A stretch of DNA of 31,954 nt from a bacterium (GCA_003485015.1 DNCN01000116.1:1-31954); one strand, 5' to 3'; shown: positions 1 through 14,927, counted from the stretch's first letter. Notes: generated by a model from the sequence alone, not told the origin. Numbers and translations are program-made.

Positions 1-5582
<5,582 letters not shown>

Positions 5583-5597
5583 TAAATTCCTTTTACA

Positions 5598-5613
5598 GAA
5601 GTTTAGTAACTTC
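5598..5613 (+). terminator. Small hairpin after rpoC (possible weak terminator or 3'-end stabiliser)
   Basis: GAAGTT-TAGT-AACTTC, 6-bp perfect stem 15 nt after the rpoC stop; the T-run (5620-5624) is displaced from the stem, so weak. Confidence 0.3.
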
Positions 5614-5625
5614 ATTAGATTTTTC

Positions 5626-5654
5626 TTGACAAAAGATAAAAGATGAGATATTAT
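5626..5654 (+). promoter_or_regulatory. Sigma70-type promoter upstream of rpsL
   Basis: TTGACA (5626-5631), 17-nt spacer, TATTAT (5649-5654) in AT-rich intergenic DNA. Confidence 0.8.
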
Positions 5655-5718
5655 ACTAGTTTTTAGGCTTTAACAGAATAAGAATATTATTTTTGATTTA
5701 TTTTAAAGAGATTCGTAG

Positions 5719-5848
5719 ACTTGCAAATTAGAGCTTCTGTTTTTTAAGGCTTAAAGCTACAGATTGAAGTCTTCTTGAATACAAGTAAGGCGTATTGAGG
5801 ATGGGGGGTGAAAGGGGGAATAATCCTTATAAACCTGCTAGTTTCCCC
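5719..5848 (+). promoter_or_regulatory. Candidate structured 5' leader of rpsL (hairpin plus possible pseudoknot)
   Basis: By-eye pairings 5719-23/5782-86, 5736-40/5759-63, 5743-47/5751-55; 5796-5802/5823-29 and 5815-20/5843-48; lies between promoter and terminator. Confidence 0.4.
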
Positions 5849-5849
5849 A

Positions 5850-5877
5850 GGGGCAGCACCTTAAAGCTGCCTTTTTT
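5850..5877 (+). terminator. Intrinsic terminator / attenuator in the rpsL leader
   Basis: GGCAGC-ACCTTAAA-GCTGCC followed immediately by TTTTTT (extendable by G-U pairs). Confidence 0.75.
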
Positions 5878-5956
5878 GCACCTAAAAATATAAACCGTAA
5901 TTTTAATAAAATGGTTAAGTTTTCCATTTCTAGTCCTTGCAGAGAAGGAGGAGTAG

Positions 5957-6334
5957 ATGCCAACAGTCAATCAACTGGCAAGAAAGGGCAGGAAGAAGCA
6001 AAAAGCGAGGTGTAAGGTCCTTGCCTTGGCAGGATCTCCGCAGCGTAAGGGTGTCTGTGTCCGAGTCTACACTACGACACCAAAGAAGCCTAATTCAGCT
6101 CTGCGTAAGGTTGCCCGAGTAAGATTGACCTCTGGTTTTGAAGTTACTAGTTACATACCTGGTATTGGCCATACCCTCCAGGAACATTCAGTTGTTCTGC
6201 TTAGAGGAGGTCGAGTTAAGGATCTACCTGGGGTAAAATACCATATAGTTCGGGGAACCTTAGATACTACTGGTGTTGAGGATAGGCGGAAGGCGAGGTC
6301 AAGATATGGAGCTAAGAGGCCGAAGGTAGGCTGA
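5957..6334 (+). CDS. rpsL: 30S ribosomal protein uS12
   Basis: [30 protein letters not shown]; SD AAGGAGG. Confidence 0.99.
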   Translation: MPTVNQLARKGRKKQKARCKVLALAGSPQRKGVCVRVYTTTPKKPNSALRKVARVRLTSGFEVTSYIPGIGHTLQEHSVVLLRGGRVKDLPGVKYHIVRGTLDTTGVEDRRKARSRYGAKRPKVG

Positions 6335-6336
6335 TC

Positions 6337-6807
6337 ATGCCCAGGAGAAGAGTAGTCAAAAAGAGAGATATTTCACCTGATCCAGTTTACTCGAGTAAAT
6401 TGGTCACAAAATTCATCAATAATCTGATGCGAAGAGGAAAGAAGTCCCTTGCCCAGAGAATCTTCTATCAAGCTATGGATAGAATAAATAGTCGAACAGG
6501 GAAACCTCCTGTAGACATCTTCAAGAAGGCCATCGATAATATCCGGCCCCAGCTTGTAGTCAAGTCGAGAAGGGTAGGGGGGGCAACCTATCAGGTGCCA
6601 GTGGAGGTTCCGATAGAGAAGGGAATCTCTATAGCGATAAGATGGATCCTTGCCTTTACCAGGGCTCAGAAGGGTAGGTCAATGCAGGAAAAGCTTGCAG
6701 ACGAGTTCATTAATGCAGCTAACAATACTGGTCCTTCCATTAAGAAGCGGGATGATACCCATCGGATGGCCGAGGCTAATCGGGCTTTTACCCACTATAG
6801 GTGGTAA
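6337..6807 (+). CDS. rpsG: 30S ribosomal protein uS7
   Basis: MPRRR, SRRVGGATYQVP, HRMAEANRAF. Confidence 0.99.
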   Translation: MPRRRVVKKRDISPDPVYSSKLVTKFINNLMRRGKKSLAQRIFYQAMDRINSRTGKPPVDIFKKAIDNIRPQLVVKSRRVGGATYQVPVEVPIEKGISIAIRWILAFTRAQKGRSMQEKLADEFINAANNTGPSIKKRDDTHRMAEANRAFTHYRW

Positions 6808-6820
6808 TGATTACAGTGTC

Positions 6821-6862
6821 TAATCGTTAATTATCAATCGATGTTTATTAATCGATCAATGG
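6821..6862 (+). repeat. Degenerate tandem repeat, AATCG at exact 14-nt period
   Basis: TAATCGTTAATTAT / CAATCGATGTTTAT / TAATCGATCAATGG; AATCG at 6822, 6836, 6850. Confidence 0.55.
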
Positions 6863-6908
6863 AGTGTTGATGGCAAAAGTAGTTGAGAGAAGAAGAGGTG
6901 CTGTAGGA

Positions 6909-8999
6909 ATGTCTCAAGAGCTTCCTTTGGCCAGAGTGAGAAATATTGGAATTATGGCCCATATCGATGCCGGAAAGACCACGACTACCGAACGTATCCT
7001 CTATTATACGGGAAAGATCCATCGTTTAGGTGAGGTCGATAATGGAACAGCTGTCATGGATTGGATGGAGCAAGAACAGGAACGGGGAATTACCATCACA
7101 GCTGCAGCCACTACCTGTATTTGGAAAGAGCATCGAATCAACATCATTGATACCCCTGGCCATGTAGATTTTACCATTGAGGTAGAAAGGAGCTTACGTG
7201 TTTTAGATGGTGCCGTGGCTATATTCTGTTCGGTAGGGGGGGTAGAACCGCAGTCAGAAACGGTTTGGCGCCAGGCTGATAAGTACCGGGTACCCAGGAT
7301 TGCCTTCATTAACAAAATGGATAAAACCGGAGCTGACTTTCTGGCCACAATAGAGATGATGCGGGATAGACTCTCTCCTAATGTTGTTCCCATCCAACTC
7401 CCCCTGGGCAAAGAAGATGAATTTCGGGGCATCATCGACCTTGTAGATATGAAGGCCAGGATCTGGCATGAGGGGGATTTTGGGGTAAGCTTTGAAGATG
7501 TCAGTATTCCTGAAGAGATGCACAAAGAGGCTTATTATTTTCATCAACAATTGATAGAGAGGGTGGCCGAATATGATGAAGAGTTGATGCAGAAGTATGT
7601 CCATGATGAAGAGATTCTTCCCTCGGATCTTAAGAAGGCATTGCGTAAAACTACAATCTCAGCAAATATAATTCCTGTATTATGCGGTGCATCCTTCAGA
7701 AATAAAGGAGTTCAATCCCTCTTAGATGCTATCTGTAATTATCTTCCTTCTCCTTTTGATATTCCCCCTATCACGGGGATTAATCCTACGACTCATCGGG
7801 AGGAGAAGCGTCGGCCTTGCGACGATGAGCCACTTGCTGCGTTGGCCTTTAAGATCACCACTGATCCCTATGTTGGGTCTTTGACTTACCTGCGGATCTA
7901 TTCAGGGATGCTTCAGGTCGGCTCTCTTATTTATAATTCTACCAAAAAGAAGCAGGAACGGGTAGCCAAGATCATCCAGATGCATGCTAACAAGCGTGAG
8001 TATAAAGACTCGGTTCATGCTGGTGATATTGCGGCGGTAGTGGGTTTCAAAAAGGCAACGACCGGTGATACCCTCTGTGAAGAAAAGTATCCCATTGTCT
8101 TAGAATCTATCCATTTTCCAGAACCTGTGATTTCTATAGCTATAGAGCCAAAAAGCACCCAAGATCAGGCCAAACTTAGCGAATCATTAGAGTGTCTCTC
8201 TCGGGAAGATCCCACCTTTAAAGTAAGAACTGATCTAGAGACGGGTCAGATCATCATCTCGGGAATGGGTGAACTCCACTTAGATATACTGGTAGAGAGA
8301 CTATTTAGGGAGTTTAGCGTCAAGGTCAATACTGGCAAGCCTCAAGTAGCCTATCGGGAGACAATTACCCAAGAGACAGAGACCGAAGGTAAGTATATCC
8401 GTCAGACAGGTGGACGGGGACAATATGGTCATGTTAAAATTAAACTTGAACCTGCGCCACCAGGGAGCGGATTCAATTTTGAAAACAAGATCACCTCTGG
8501 TGCTATTCCGAGGGAGTATATCCCTGCCTGTGAAGAAGGGGTGAGGGAGGCAATGGACAGGGGGGTTATCTGTGGCTACCCAGTGATTGATATTAAGGTT
8601 ACCCTGGTTGACGGTTCTTACCATGAGGTGGATTCGTCTGAATTGGCCTTTAAGATCGCTGCCTTTCAAGCCTTTCAGGAGGGTGTGCGGAAAGGCAGAC
8701 CGATTCTCTTGGAACCGGTGATGGATGTGGAGGTAGTTCTACCTCAAGATGATATGGGAGTAGTTTTAGGCGATCTTACTTCTCGAAGGGCTAACATTCT
8801 GGGAACGGAATCTAAAGGGAAGAGTCAGGTTCTAAAAGCTAAAGTCCCTCTGGCTAAGATGTTTGGTTATGCTACTACCCTGCGTTCGCTAACCCAGGGT
8901 AGAGCGAGTTATACTATGGAGTTTTCCTGTTATGAGAAGGCCCCTGAAGAGAAATGGAACATAGGATTTAATCATACAAATAAAAATACTTTGAATTAA
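6909..8999 (+). CDS. fusA: Elongation factor G (start revised to ATG 6909)
   Basis: [47 protein letters not shown]; SD AGAGGTG 8 nt before ATG 6909. Confidence 0.98.
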   Translation: MSQELPLARVRNIGIMAHIDAGKTTTTERILYYTGKIHRLGEVDNGTAVMDWMEQEQERGITITAAATTCIWKEHRINIIDTPGHVDFTIEVERSLRVLDGAVAIFCSVGGVEPQSETVWRQADKYRVPRIAFINKMDKTGADFLATIEMMRDRLSPNVVPIQLPLGKEDEFRGIIDLVDMKARIWHEGDFGVSFEDVSIPEEMHKEAYYFHQQLIERVAEYDEELMQKYVHDEEILPSDLKKALRKTTISANIIPVLCGASFRNKGVQSLLDAICNYLPSPFDIPPITGINPTTHREEKRRPCDDEPLAALAFKITTDPYVGSLTYLRIYSGMLQVGSLIYNSTKKKQERVAKIIQMHANKREYKDSVHAGDIAAVVGFKKATTGDTLCEEKYPIVLESIHFPEPVISIAIEPKSTQDQAKLSESLECLSREDPTFKVRTDLETGQIIISGMGELHLDILVERLFREFSVKVNTGKPQVAYRETITQETETEGKYIRQTGGRGQYGHVKIKLEPAPPGSGFNFENKITSGAIPREYIPACEEGVREAMDRGVICGYPVIDIKVTLVDGSYHEVDSSELAFKIAAFQAFQEGVRKGRPILLEPVMDVEVVLPQDDMGVVLGDLTSRRANILGTESKGKSQVLKAKVPLAKMFGYATTLRSLTQGRASYTMEFSCYEKAPEEKWNIGFNHTNKNTLN

Positions 9000-9012
9000 G
9001 GAGGCAGAAGAT

Positions 9013-10212
9013 ATGGCCAAAGCAAAATTTGAACGGACCAAACCCCATGTCAATGTAGGTACCATCGGACATGTTGATCATGGAAAAACAACACTCACTT
9101 CGGCTATAACCAGAATCCTTTCTAGAAAAGGGCCTACGGAGTTTAAGGACTTCTGGGATATAGACAATGCCCCTGAAGAGAAGGAGAGGGGTATTACCAT
9201 TGCCATTGCCCACGTAGAGTATGTTACAGACAACCGCCACTACTGCCATGTTGACTGTCCTGGACATGCCGACTACATCAAAAATATGATTACCGGTGCG
9301 GCCCAGATGGATGGAACAGTTCTGGTCGTTTCAGCTGCTGACGGGCCTATGCCCCAAACCAGGGAACATATCCTTCTTGCCCGTCAGGTAGGGGTTCCTT
9401 ACATTGTTGTGTTTCTCAACAAAACGGATATGGTTGATGATCCAGAACTCATAGACTTAGTCGAGCTCGAAGTGAGGGAGCTCTTGACCGAATATGGCTT
9501 TCCAGGAGACGATGTTCCTGTAGTCAAAGGAAGCGCTTTAAAGGCTGGTGAATGCGGATGTGGAGACCCAGGATGTGAAAAATGCGGTCCTATTTTTAAG
9601 CTTCTGGATGCTATGGATTCCTATATTCCTATGCCTCAACGTGAGATAGACAAACCATTTTTGATGAGCGTTGAGGATGTTTTCTCCATCACAGGTCGGG
9701 GGACGGTAGCTACTGGAAGGATAGAGCGGGGTAAAATCCATGTGGGCGACAAGGTTCAGATTGTTGGAATTCAGAAGACAAGGGATTCCGTGGCCACAGG
9801 CGTAGAGATGTTTAGAAAGATTTTAGAGGAAGGTCAGGCTGGCGATAATGTTGGTCTCCTGTTGCGGGGGATAGAAAAGGATGAGGTTGAAAGAGGACAG
9901 GTCATCTGTGCACCAGGGAGTATTACGCCTCATACGAAGTTCAAGTCTGAGGTCTATGTTTTAACTAAAGAGGAGGGAGGAAGACATACCCCCTTCTTCA
10001 AAGGCTACAGGCCCCAATTCTACTTTAGAACAACCGATGTTACTGGAGACATTACCCTTCCTGAGGGCGTAGAGATGGTTATGCCTGGGGATAATATCAC
10101 CTTGGTGGTCGAACTTATCACACCCATTGCCATGGAGAAGGAATTGAGATTTGCCATTCGTGAAGGTGGACATACTGTTGGTGCTGGAGTAATCACGGAA
10201 GTGATAGAGTAG
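9013..10212 (+). CDS. tuf: Elongation factor Tu
   Basis: [40 protein letters not shown]; SD AAGGAGG. Confidence 0.99.
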   Translation: MAKAKFERTKPHVNVGTIGHVDHGKTTLTSAITRILSRKGPTEFKDFWDIDNAPEEKERGITIAIAHVEYVTDNRHYCHVDCPGHADYIKNMITGAAQMDGTVLVVSAADGPMPQTREHILLARQVGVPYIVVFLNKTDMVDDPELIDLVELEVRELLTEYGFPGDDVPVVKGSALKAGECGCGDPGCEKCGPIFKLLDAMDSYIPMPQREIDKPFLMSVEDVFSITGRGTVATGRIERGKIHVGDKVQIVGIQKTRDSVATGVEMFRKILEEGQAGDNVGLLLRGIEKDEVERGQVICAPGSITPHTKFKSEVYVLTKEEGGRHTPFFKGYRPQFYFRTTDVTGDITLPEGVEMVMPGDNITLVVELITPIAMEKELRFAIREGGHTVGAGVITEVIE

Positions 10213-10220
10213 GATTTTCT

Positions 10221-10529
10221 ATGGTTTCCCAGAGGATTAAAATATGCCTGAAGGCTTATGATCATAAGCTTTTGGATCAGTCTTGCAAGGAGATTATCTT
10301 GACTGCAAAGCGTACAGGGGCAAGGGTCTCTGGTCCTGTACCCCTGCCAACTAAAATAAATAGATTTACGGTGCTGCGATCTTCTCATGTGGACAAGAAG
10401 TCTCGGGAGCAGTTTGAGATCAGAACCCACAAGAGGCTAATAGAGATATTGACCCCAAGTGCAGATACAGTAAATTCTTTAATGAAGCTCGAGCTTCCCG
10501 CTGGGGTCGATGCCCAGATAAAGCTGTAA
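10221..10529 (+). CDS. rpsJ: 30S ribosomal protein uS10 (NusE)
   Basis: [27 protein letters not shown]. Confidence 0.99.
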   Translation: MVSQRIKICLKAYDHKLLDQSCKEIILTAKRTGARVSGPVPLPTKINRFTVLRSSHVDKKSREQFEIRTHKRLIEILTPSADTVNSLMKLELPAGVDAQIKL

Positions 10530-10574
10530 GATACTGACTTACATAGAGTTCCTAACCTACGGTTTTAAGATAAG

Positions 10575-10596
10575 GTTGACTGTTGATCTATTGACT
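10575..10596 (+). repeat. Short 7/8-nt tandem repeat in rpsJ-rplC spacer
   Basis: GTTGACT GTTGATCT ATTGACT; TTGA at 10576, 10583, 10591. Confidence 0.5.
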
Positions 10597-10614
10597 AAAT
10601 GAGAGGTTTTTAAA

Positions 10615-11232
10615 GTGCCTTTGGGATTAATTGGTAAAAAGATAGGTATGGGTCAAATGTTTGATGGGGGGAAGGTTATACCTATTACCCTTATTGAAGC
10701 TGGATCTTGCTATGTGATCCAGAAGAAGGATATTGACCGCGATGGATATAAGGCCATTCAGTTAGGATATGGTGAATTGAAGAAGCCAAATAGGCCTTTA
10801 AGGGGGCATTTTGAAAAGACGAAGGTTTCACCTAAATGTATCCTGCGAGAGCTTCGAGTTGAGAATCCGGACGAATTTGAGATTGGAGAGGAGATTAAGA
10901 TAGATATATTCAAACAGGGTGAAAGGATAGATATTACTGGTATCTCCAAAGGCAAGGGATTCAGCGGAGGGGTAAAGAGATGGGGATTTAGAGGTGGACG
11001 AGCCTCTCGAGGTTCTATGTTCCATCGGGCCCCTGGCTCTATTGGTAGTTGTGCTATCCCCTCGAGGGTTCATAAAGGAAAGAAGCTCCCGGGAAGGATG
11101 GGAAATAAAAGAATTACGACTAAAAAGATCGAGATACTCAAGGTGGATATGGATAGAAATATTCTTATAGTTAAAGGACCTCTCCCTGGGCATCGGGGGA
11201 GCCTTCTACTTCTCAAAAAGACAGTGAACTAA
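10615..11232 (+). CDS. rplC: 50S ribosomal protein uL3
   Basis: GTG start; GKKIGM, DGYKAIQLG, SKGKGFSGGVKRWGF, GRMG. Confidence 0.98.
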   Translation: MPLGLIGKKIGMGQMFDGGKVIPITLIEAGSCYVIQKKDIDRDGYKAIQLGYGELKKPNRPLRGHFEKTKVSPKCILRELRVENPDEFEIGEEIKIDIFKQGERIDITGISKGKGFSGGVKRWGFRGGRASRGSMFHRAPGSIGSCAIPSRVHKGKKLPGRMGNKRITTKKIEILKVDMDRNILIVKGPLPGHRGSLLLLKKTVN

Positions 11233-11241
11233 GGAATAATT

Positions 11242-11874
11242 ATGTTAGAAGTTGAGGTTTACAATTCAGAAGGTAAGACAGAAGAGAAGATCGAGTTGCC
11301 CCAAGAGATATTCGGCCAGAGACTGAATAAAGCGATTCTCCATGAGGTAGTGAGGGCTTACCTCTCTAACCAACGTTTGGGATCGGCTTCCACTAAGCGT
11401 CGGGGGGAGGTGAGGGGTAGTGGTCGTAAAGTGTGGCGCCAGAAAGGGACTGGCCGGGCCAGAATAGGGGATATCCGTTCTCCCACCCGAAGAAAAGGGG
11501 GTGTTGCTTTTGGCCCAAAACCGAGGGAGTATAGGATCAATCTTTCTGCTAAGTTGAAGAAGAAAGGGGTTATCTCGGCCCTCTCTGATGTGGCATCCTC
11601 AAACAGTATCATTATCATTGATTCTCTCAGATTAGACGAACCAAAGACTTTTCAAATGGCACAAATCCTCAATCGAATAGGAGCAAACGATGGATGTCTT
11701 ATCGTTTTACCAGAGGTAGATCCAAAGGTTTGCTTAGCCTCAAGAAACCTTCAAGGGGTGGAGATTGCCTTGGCTAAGGATCTGAATGCCTATCAAGTGT
11801 TGAGATATAAGAAGTTGATCATTACTAAAGAAGGACTTACTAAATTAAGGGAAAGGCTTTTAGGAAATGCATGA
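11242..11874 (+). CDS. rplD: 50S ribosomal protein uL4
   Basis: TKRRGEVRGSGRKVWRQKGTGRAR, FGPKPR, ASRNL. Confidence 0.98.
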   Translation: MLEVEVYNSEGKTEEKIELPQEIFGQRLNKAILHEVVRAYLSNQRLGSASTKRRGEVRGSGRKVWRQKGTGRARIGDIRSPTRRKGGVAFGPKPREYRINLSAKLKKKGVISALSDVASSNSIIIIDSLRLDEPKTFQMAQILNRIGANDGCLIVLPEVDPKVCLASRNLQGVEIALAKDLNAYQVLRYKKLIITKEGLTKLRERLLGNA

Positions 11875-12154
11875 ACTTTCAGTGGTGATTAAGAGGCCAC
11901 TCACTACCGAGCGATCAATCATACTTAAGGCTCAAAACAAGTATGTCTTTAGAGTGGCTCCGTGGGCAAATAAGATTCAGATAAAGAAGGCGGTGGAACA
12001 CTTCTTTGGGGCAAAGGTGAAGGATGTTAATACCATGGTCCAACATGGCAAGAAGAGACGTCGGCGTTATGTTGTCGGCCAAAAGCCGGATTGGAAGAAG
12101 GCAATCGTAACCCTTAAAGAAGGGGAGAAGATAGAACTCTTTGAGAATATTTAG
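11867..12154 (+). CDS. rplW: 50S ribosomal protein uL23
   Basis: [23 protein letters not shown]; position after rplD. Confidence 0.98.
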   Translation: MHELSVVIKRPLTTERSIILKAQNKYVFRVAPWANKIQIKKAVEHFFGAKVKDVNTMVQHGKKRRRRYVVGQKPDWKKAIVTLKEGEKIELFENI

Positions 12155-12156
12155 TC

Positions 12157-12981
12157 ATGGCTATAAAGAAGTATAAGCCGGTTAGTCCAGGTAGACGGGG
12201 AGCAAGTGGGGTTATTTCAAATGAGCTTTTGAAGGGTAAATCCTGCAAGGCCCTCCTTCGACCTTCTCCCTCTTCTGGAGGGAGAAACACCTCTGGTCGG
12301 ATGACGGTTCGTTTTCGAGGAGGTGGTCACAAGCGTAGATATCGCCTCATCGATTTTAAACGTGACAAATCTGGGGTCCCAGCTAAAGTAGCCTCTATTG
12401 AGTACGATCCCAATCGATCAGCCTATATTGCCCTCTTGAATTATCTTGATGGCGAGAAACGTTATATTCTGGCGCCTCTTGGATTAGAGGCGGGGGATGA
12501 GGTAATAGCTGGTAAGGGCGCAGAGATAAAGACAGGAAATGCCCTTCCCTTACATGAGATTCCACTGGGGACCAATCTCCATAATATCGAGATGAAACCA
12601 GGCAAGGGTGGACAGCTTGTTCGTTCAGCAGGGGTAGTAGCCCAATTGATAGCCAAAGAGGGCGATTATGCGCACATTAAACTCCCCTCAGGTGAGGTTC
12701 GTTTTATTCGTTTAGACTGCATGGCCACTATTGGTCAAATAGGTAGGGTCGAATGGGGGAATATCAGTTTAGGCAAAGCAGGCCGGACCCGGCACTTAGG
12801 TCGACGGCCGCATGTTCGAGGTGTGGCTATGAATCCGGTTGATCATCCACTGGGCGGAGGGGAAGGCAAGGCCTCTGGTGGCCGTCATCCTGTTTCACCC
12901 TGGGGCCAGCCGACGCGGGGATATAAGACCCGCAAGAAGGGAAAACCTTCAGATAAGATGATCGTCAAGCGAAGAAAATAG
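12157..12981 (+). CDS. rplB: 50S ribosomal protein uL2
   Basis: [40 protein letters not shown]. Confidence 0.99.
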   Translation: MAIKKYKPVSPGRRGASGVISNELLKGKSCKALLRPSPSSGGRNTSGRMTVRFRGGGHKRRYRLIDFKRDKSGVPAKVASIEYDPNRSAYIALLNYLDGEKRYILAPLGLEAGDEVIAGKGAEIKTGNALPLHEIPLGTNLHNIEMKPGKGGQLVRSAGVVAQLIAKEGDYAHIKLPSGEVRFIRLDCMATIGQIGRVEWGNISLGKAGRTRHLGRRPHVRGVAMNPVDHPLGGGEGKASGGRHPVSPWGQPTRGYKTRKKGKPSDKMIVKRRK

Positions 12982-13004
12982 CAAAAGAAGAGAATTTTCA
13001 AAGG

Positions 13005-13018
13005 TCTTAGATCTTAGG
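13005..13018 (+). repeat. 7-nt duplication in rplB-rpsS spacer
   Basis: TCTTAGA TCTTAGG. Confidence 0.4.
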
Positions 13019-13026
13019 AAGAAGAG

Positions 13027-13311
13027 ATGGGAAGATCAATCAAAAAGGGGCCATATGTGGACGCCCGGCTCTTAGAGAAGATAATGAAGTCGAGAAGATC
13101 AGGGGAGCGTCAGATCGTAAAGACTTGGGCCAGGCGTTCTACCATCACCCCAGAGTTTGTAGGGCACACCATTGGTATTCACAATGGGAGGAAGTTTATC
13201 CCCATCTATATTACCGAGGAGATGGTTGGTCATAAATTGGGGGAGTTTGCGCCGACACGTTTCTTTAGGGGACATGGTCATCATACTGAACGTTCCACAT
13301 CCCTGAAATAA
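13027..13311 (+). CDS. rpsS: 30S ribosomal protein uS19
   Basis: [29 protein letters not shown]. Confidence 0.99.
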   Translation: MGRSIKKGPYVDARLLEKIMKSRRSGERQIVKTWARRSTITPEFVGHTIGIHNGRKFIPIYITEEMVGHKLGEFAPTRFFRGHGHHTERSTSLK

Positions 13312-13324
13312 CCGAGGAGAATAG

Positions 13325-13669
13325 ATGGAAGCTAAAGCAATGGCTAGGTATATTCGAATCTCACCCCGTAAGGTGCGCCAAGTAATGAACCTTATTCGGG
13401 GGAGGAAGGTTAAGGAGGCCCTTGATATTCTGAGCTTTACCCCTAAAAAGGCGGCCTATTTAATAAGAAAGGTTCTCTTTTCGGCCTTAGCTAATGCTAC
13501 TCAAAGGAGGCCAAAGCTCAACCCAGAAGAGTTGTACATTAAAAAGGTTTATGCTGACGGCGGCCCAACTCTGCGGCGGATTAGGGCCCGGGCTATGGGA
13601 AGGGTTGGATCTATCCTTAAGCGGACGACCCATATTACCGTTGTTGTGGGCGATAGAGAGGGGGTTTAA
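13325..13669 (+). CDS. rplV: 50S ribosomal protein uL22
   Basis: [31 protein letters not shown]. Confidence 0.98.
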   Translation: MEAKAMARYIRISPRKVRQVMNLIRGRKVKEALDILSFTPKKAAYLIRKVLFSALANATQRRPKLNPEELYIKKVYADGGPTLRRIRARAMGRVGSILKRTTHITVVVGDREGV

Positions 13670-14526
13670 TGGGACAGAAGGTACATCCGATCGGGTTTAG
13701 ATTAGGAGGAATTCAGGATTGGCAATCTAAGTGGTTTGCTACCAAGAACTATGCCCATGACCTCCATGAGGATTTGCAGATTCGAGATATTATCTTCAAA
13801 AGACTACCCCACACGGGTATTCCTAAAGTTATTATTGAACGCTTTGGCCAAAAGATGAAGGTCAATATTCATACGGCACGCCCGGGAGTTGTCATTGGAA
13901 AGAGTGGTGCAGAGGTAGAGAGATTGAGGGAGGTGATCCAGAGATTTACATCTCAGGAGATCCAAATAGACATCTATGAGATCAGACAACCTGAAATTGA
14001 TGCCCAATTGGTAGCCGAGAATATTGCTTTACAAATCGAGAAAAGAATCTCCTTTAGGAGGGCGATGAAGCAGGCCGTAGCTACAGCAATGCGGTTTGGG
14101 GCCCAAGGAGTTAAGGTTTCATGTGCGGGAAGATTGGCTGGAGCGGAGATTGCTCGGACTGAATGGTATCGGGAAGGAAGGGTTCCCCTCCATACCATTC
14201 GGGGAGATATTGATTATGGTTTTGCCGAGGCAAAGACGACATATGGGCAGATCGGAGTGAAGGTATGGACCTTTAAAGGCGAGATCTTGCCTAAACTGGA
14301 AGAACGGAAGTTACATCAAAAGGATTCTGTGGAGAAGATCTCAGGAGGGGAAACCCTTCAACCAAAGAAGAGAGCTGAAAAGAAGATTTATAAAGATAAA
14401 GAAGAGATAGGAGAATCCGAGCTTTCCAAGGAAAAGGTAAGTGAGGGGCTGAAAGGAGAAGGAGAAGAGCCCCAAAGAGAAGAGCAAGACCAAAAGATTG
14501 AGGAGCCTATCGATGTTAGCACCTAA
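13669..14526 (+). CDS. rpsC: 30S ribosomal protein uS3 with long C-terminal extension
   Basis: [38 protein letters not shown]; TAATG overlap with rplV. Confidence 0.99.
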   Translation: MGQKVHPIGFRLGGIQDWQSKWFATKNYAHDLHEDLQIRDIIFKRLPHTGIPKVIIERFGQKMKVNIHTARPGVVIGKSGAEVERLREVIQRFTSQEIQIDIYEIRQPEIDAQLVAENIALQIEKRISFRRAMKQAVATAMRFGAQGVKVSCAGRLAGAEIARTEWYREGRVPLHTIRGDIDYGFAEAKTTYGQIGVKVWTFKGEILPKLEERKLHQKDSVEKISGGETLQPKKRAEKKIYKDKEEIGESELSKEKVSEGLKGEGEEPQREEQDQKIEEPIDVST

Positions 14527-14923
14527 ACGGGTAAAATTTCGTAAATCTCAGCGGGGTAAAAGAAAAGGTAAGACTAGCCGGGGATGCAATATTAGCTTTG
14601 GTGAATATGGCCTACAAGGTCTTGAGCCTTGCTGGTTAACTGCTCGTCAGATTGAGGCTGCCAGGGTTGCCATAACCAGAGGGGCTAAACATGGTGGAAA
14701 ACTCTGGATCAGGATCTTTCCTGATAAGAGTGTGACCAAGAAGCCACTTGAAACCAGAATGGGCAAAGGTAAGGGGAGTACTGAGTACTGGGTGGCGGTA
14801 GTTAAGCCGGGAAGAGTTCTCTTTGAATTAGCAGGTGTACCTATAGAGTTAGCCAAAAGCGCCCTAATGAATGCTGCCCATAAGTTGCCTATTAAGACAA
14901 GATTTTTAACCAGAGAGGAATAA
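14513..14923 (+). CDS. rplP: 50S ribosomal protein uL16 (start revised to ATG 14513)
   Basis: [24 protein letters not shown]; SD GAGGAG 7 nt upstream. Confidence 0.98.
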   Translation: MLAPKRVKFRKSQRGKRKGKTSRGCNISFGEYGLQGLEPCWLTARQIEAARVAITRGAKHGGKLWIRIFPDKSVTKKPLETRMGKGKGSTEYWVAVVKPGRVLFELAGVPIELAKSALMNAAHKLPIKTRFLTREE

Positions 14924-14927
14924 TCCT

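Noticed and set aside
5803-5818. GGGGGTGAAAGG resembles a tmRNA 5' end
   Set aside because: No following TCGAC, no tag frame or 3' acceptor/CCA end, and too little space.
5797-5848. Partial likeness to the fluoride riboswitch (GAUGG...UAAAC..GC)
   Set aside because: The conserved 3' UGAUG element is missing and no fluoride-related gene is downstream.
6083-6220. Streptomycin-resistance alleles in rpsL
   Set aside because: Lys43 (6083) and Lys88 (6218) are both wild type.
10576-10604. TTGACT as an internal -35 element (also at 17287)
   Set aside because: No acceptable -10 hexamer at 16-18 nt spacing.
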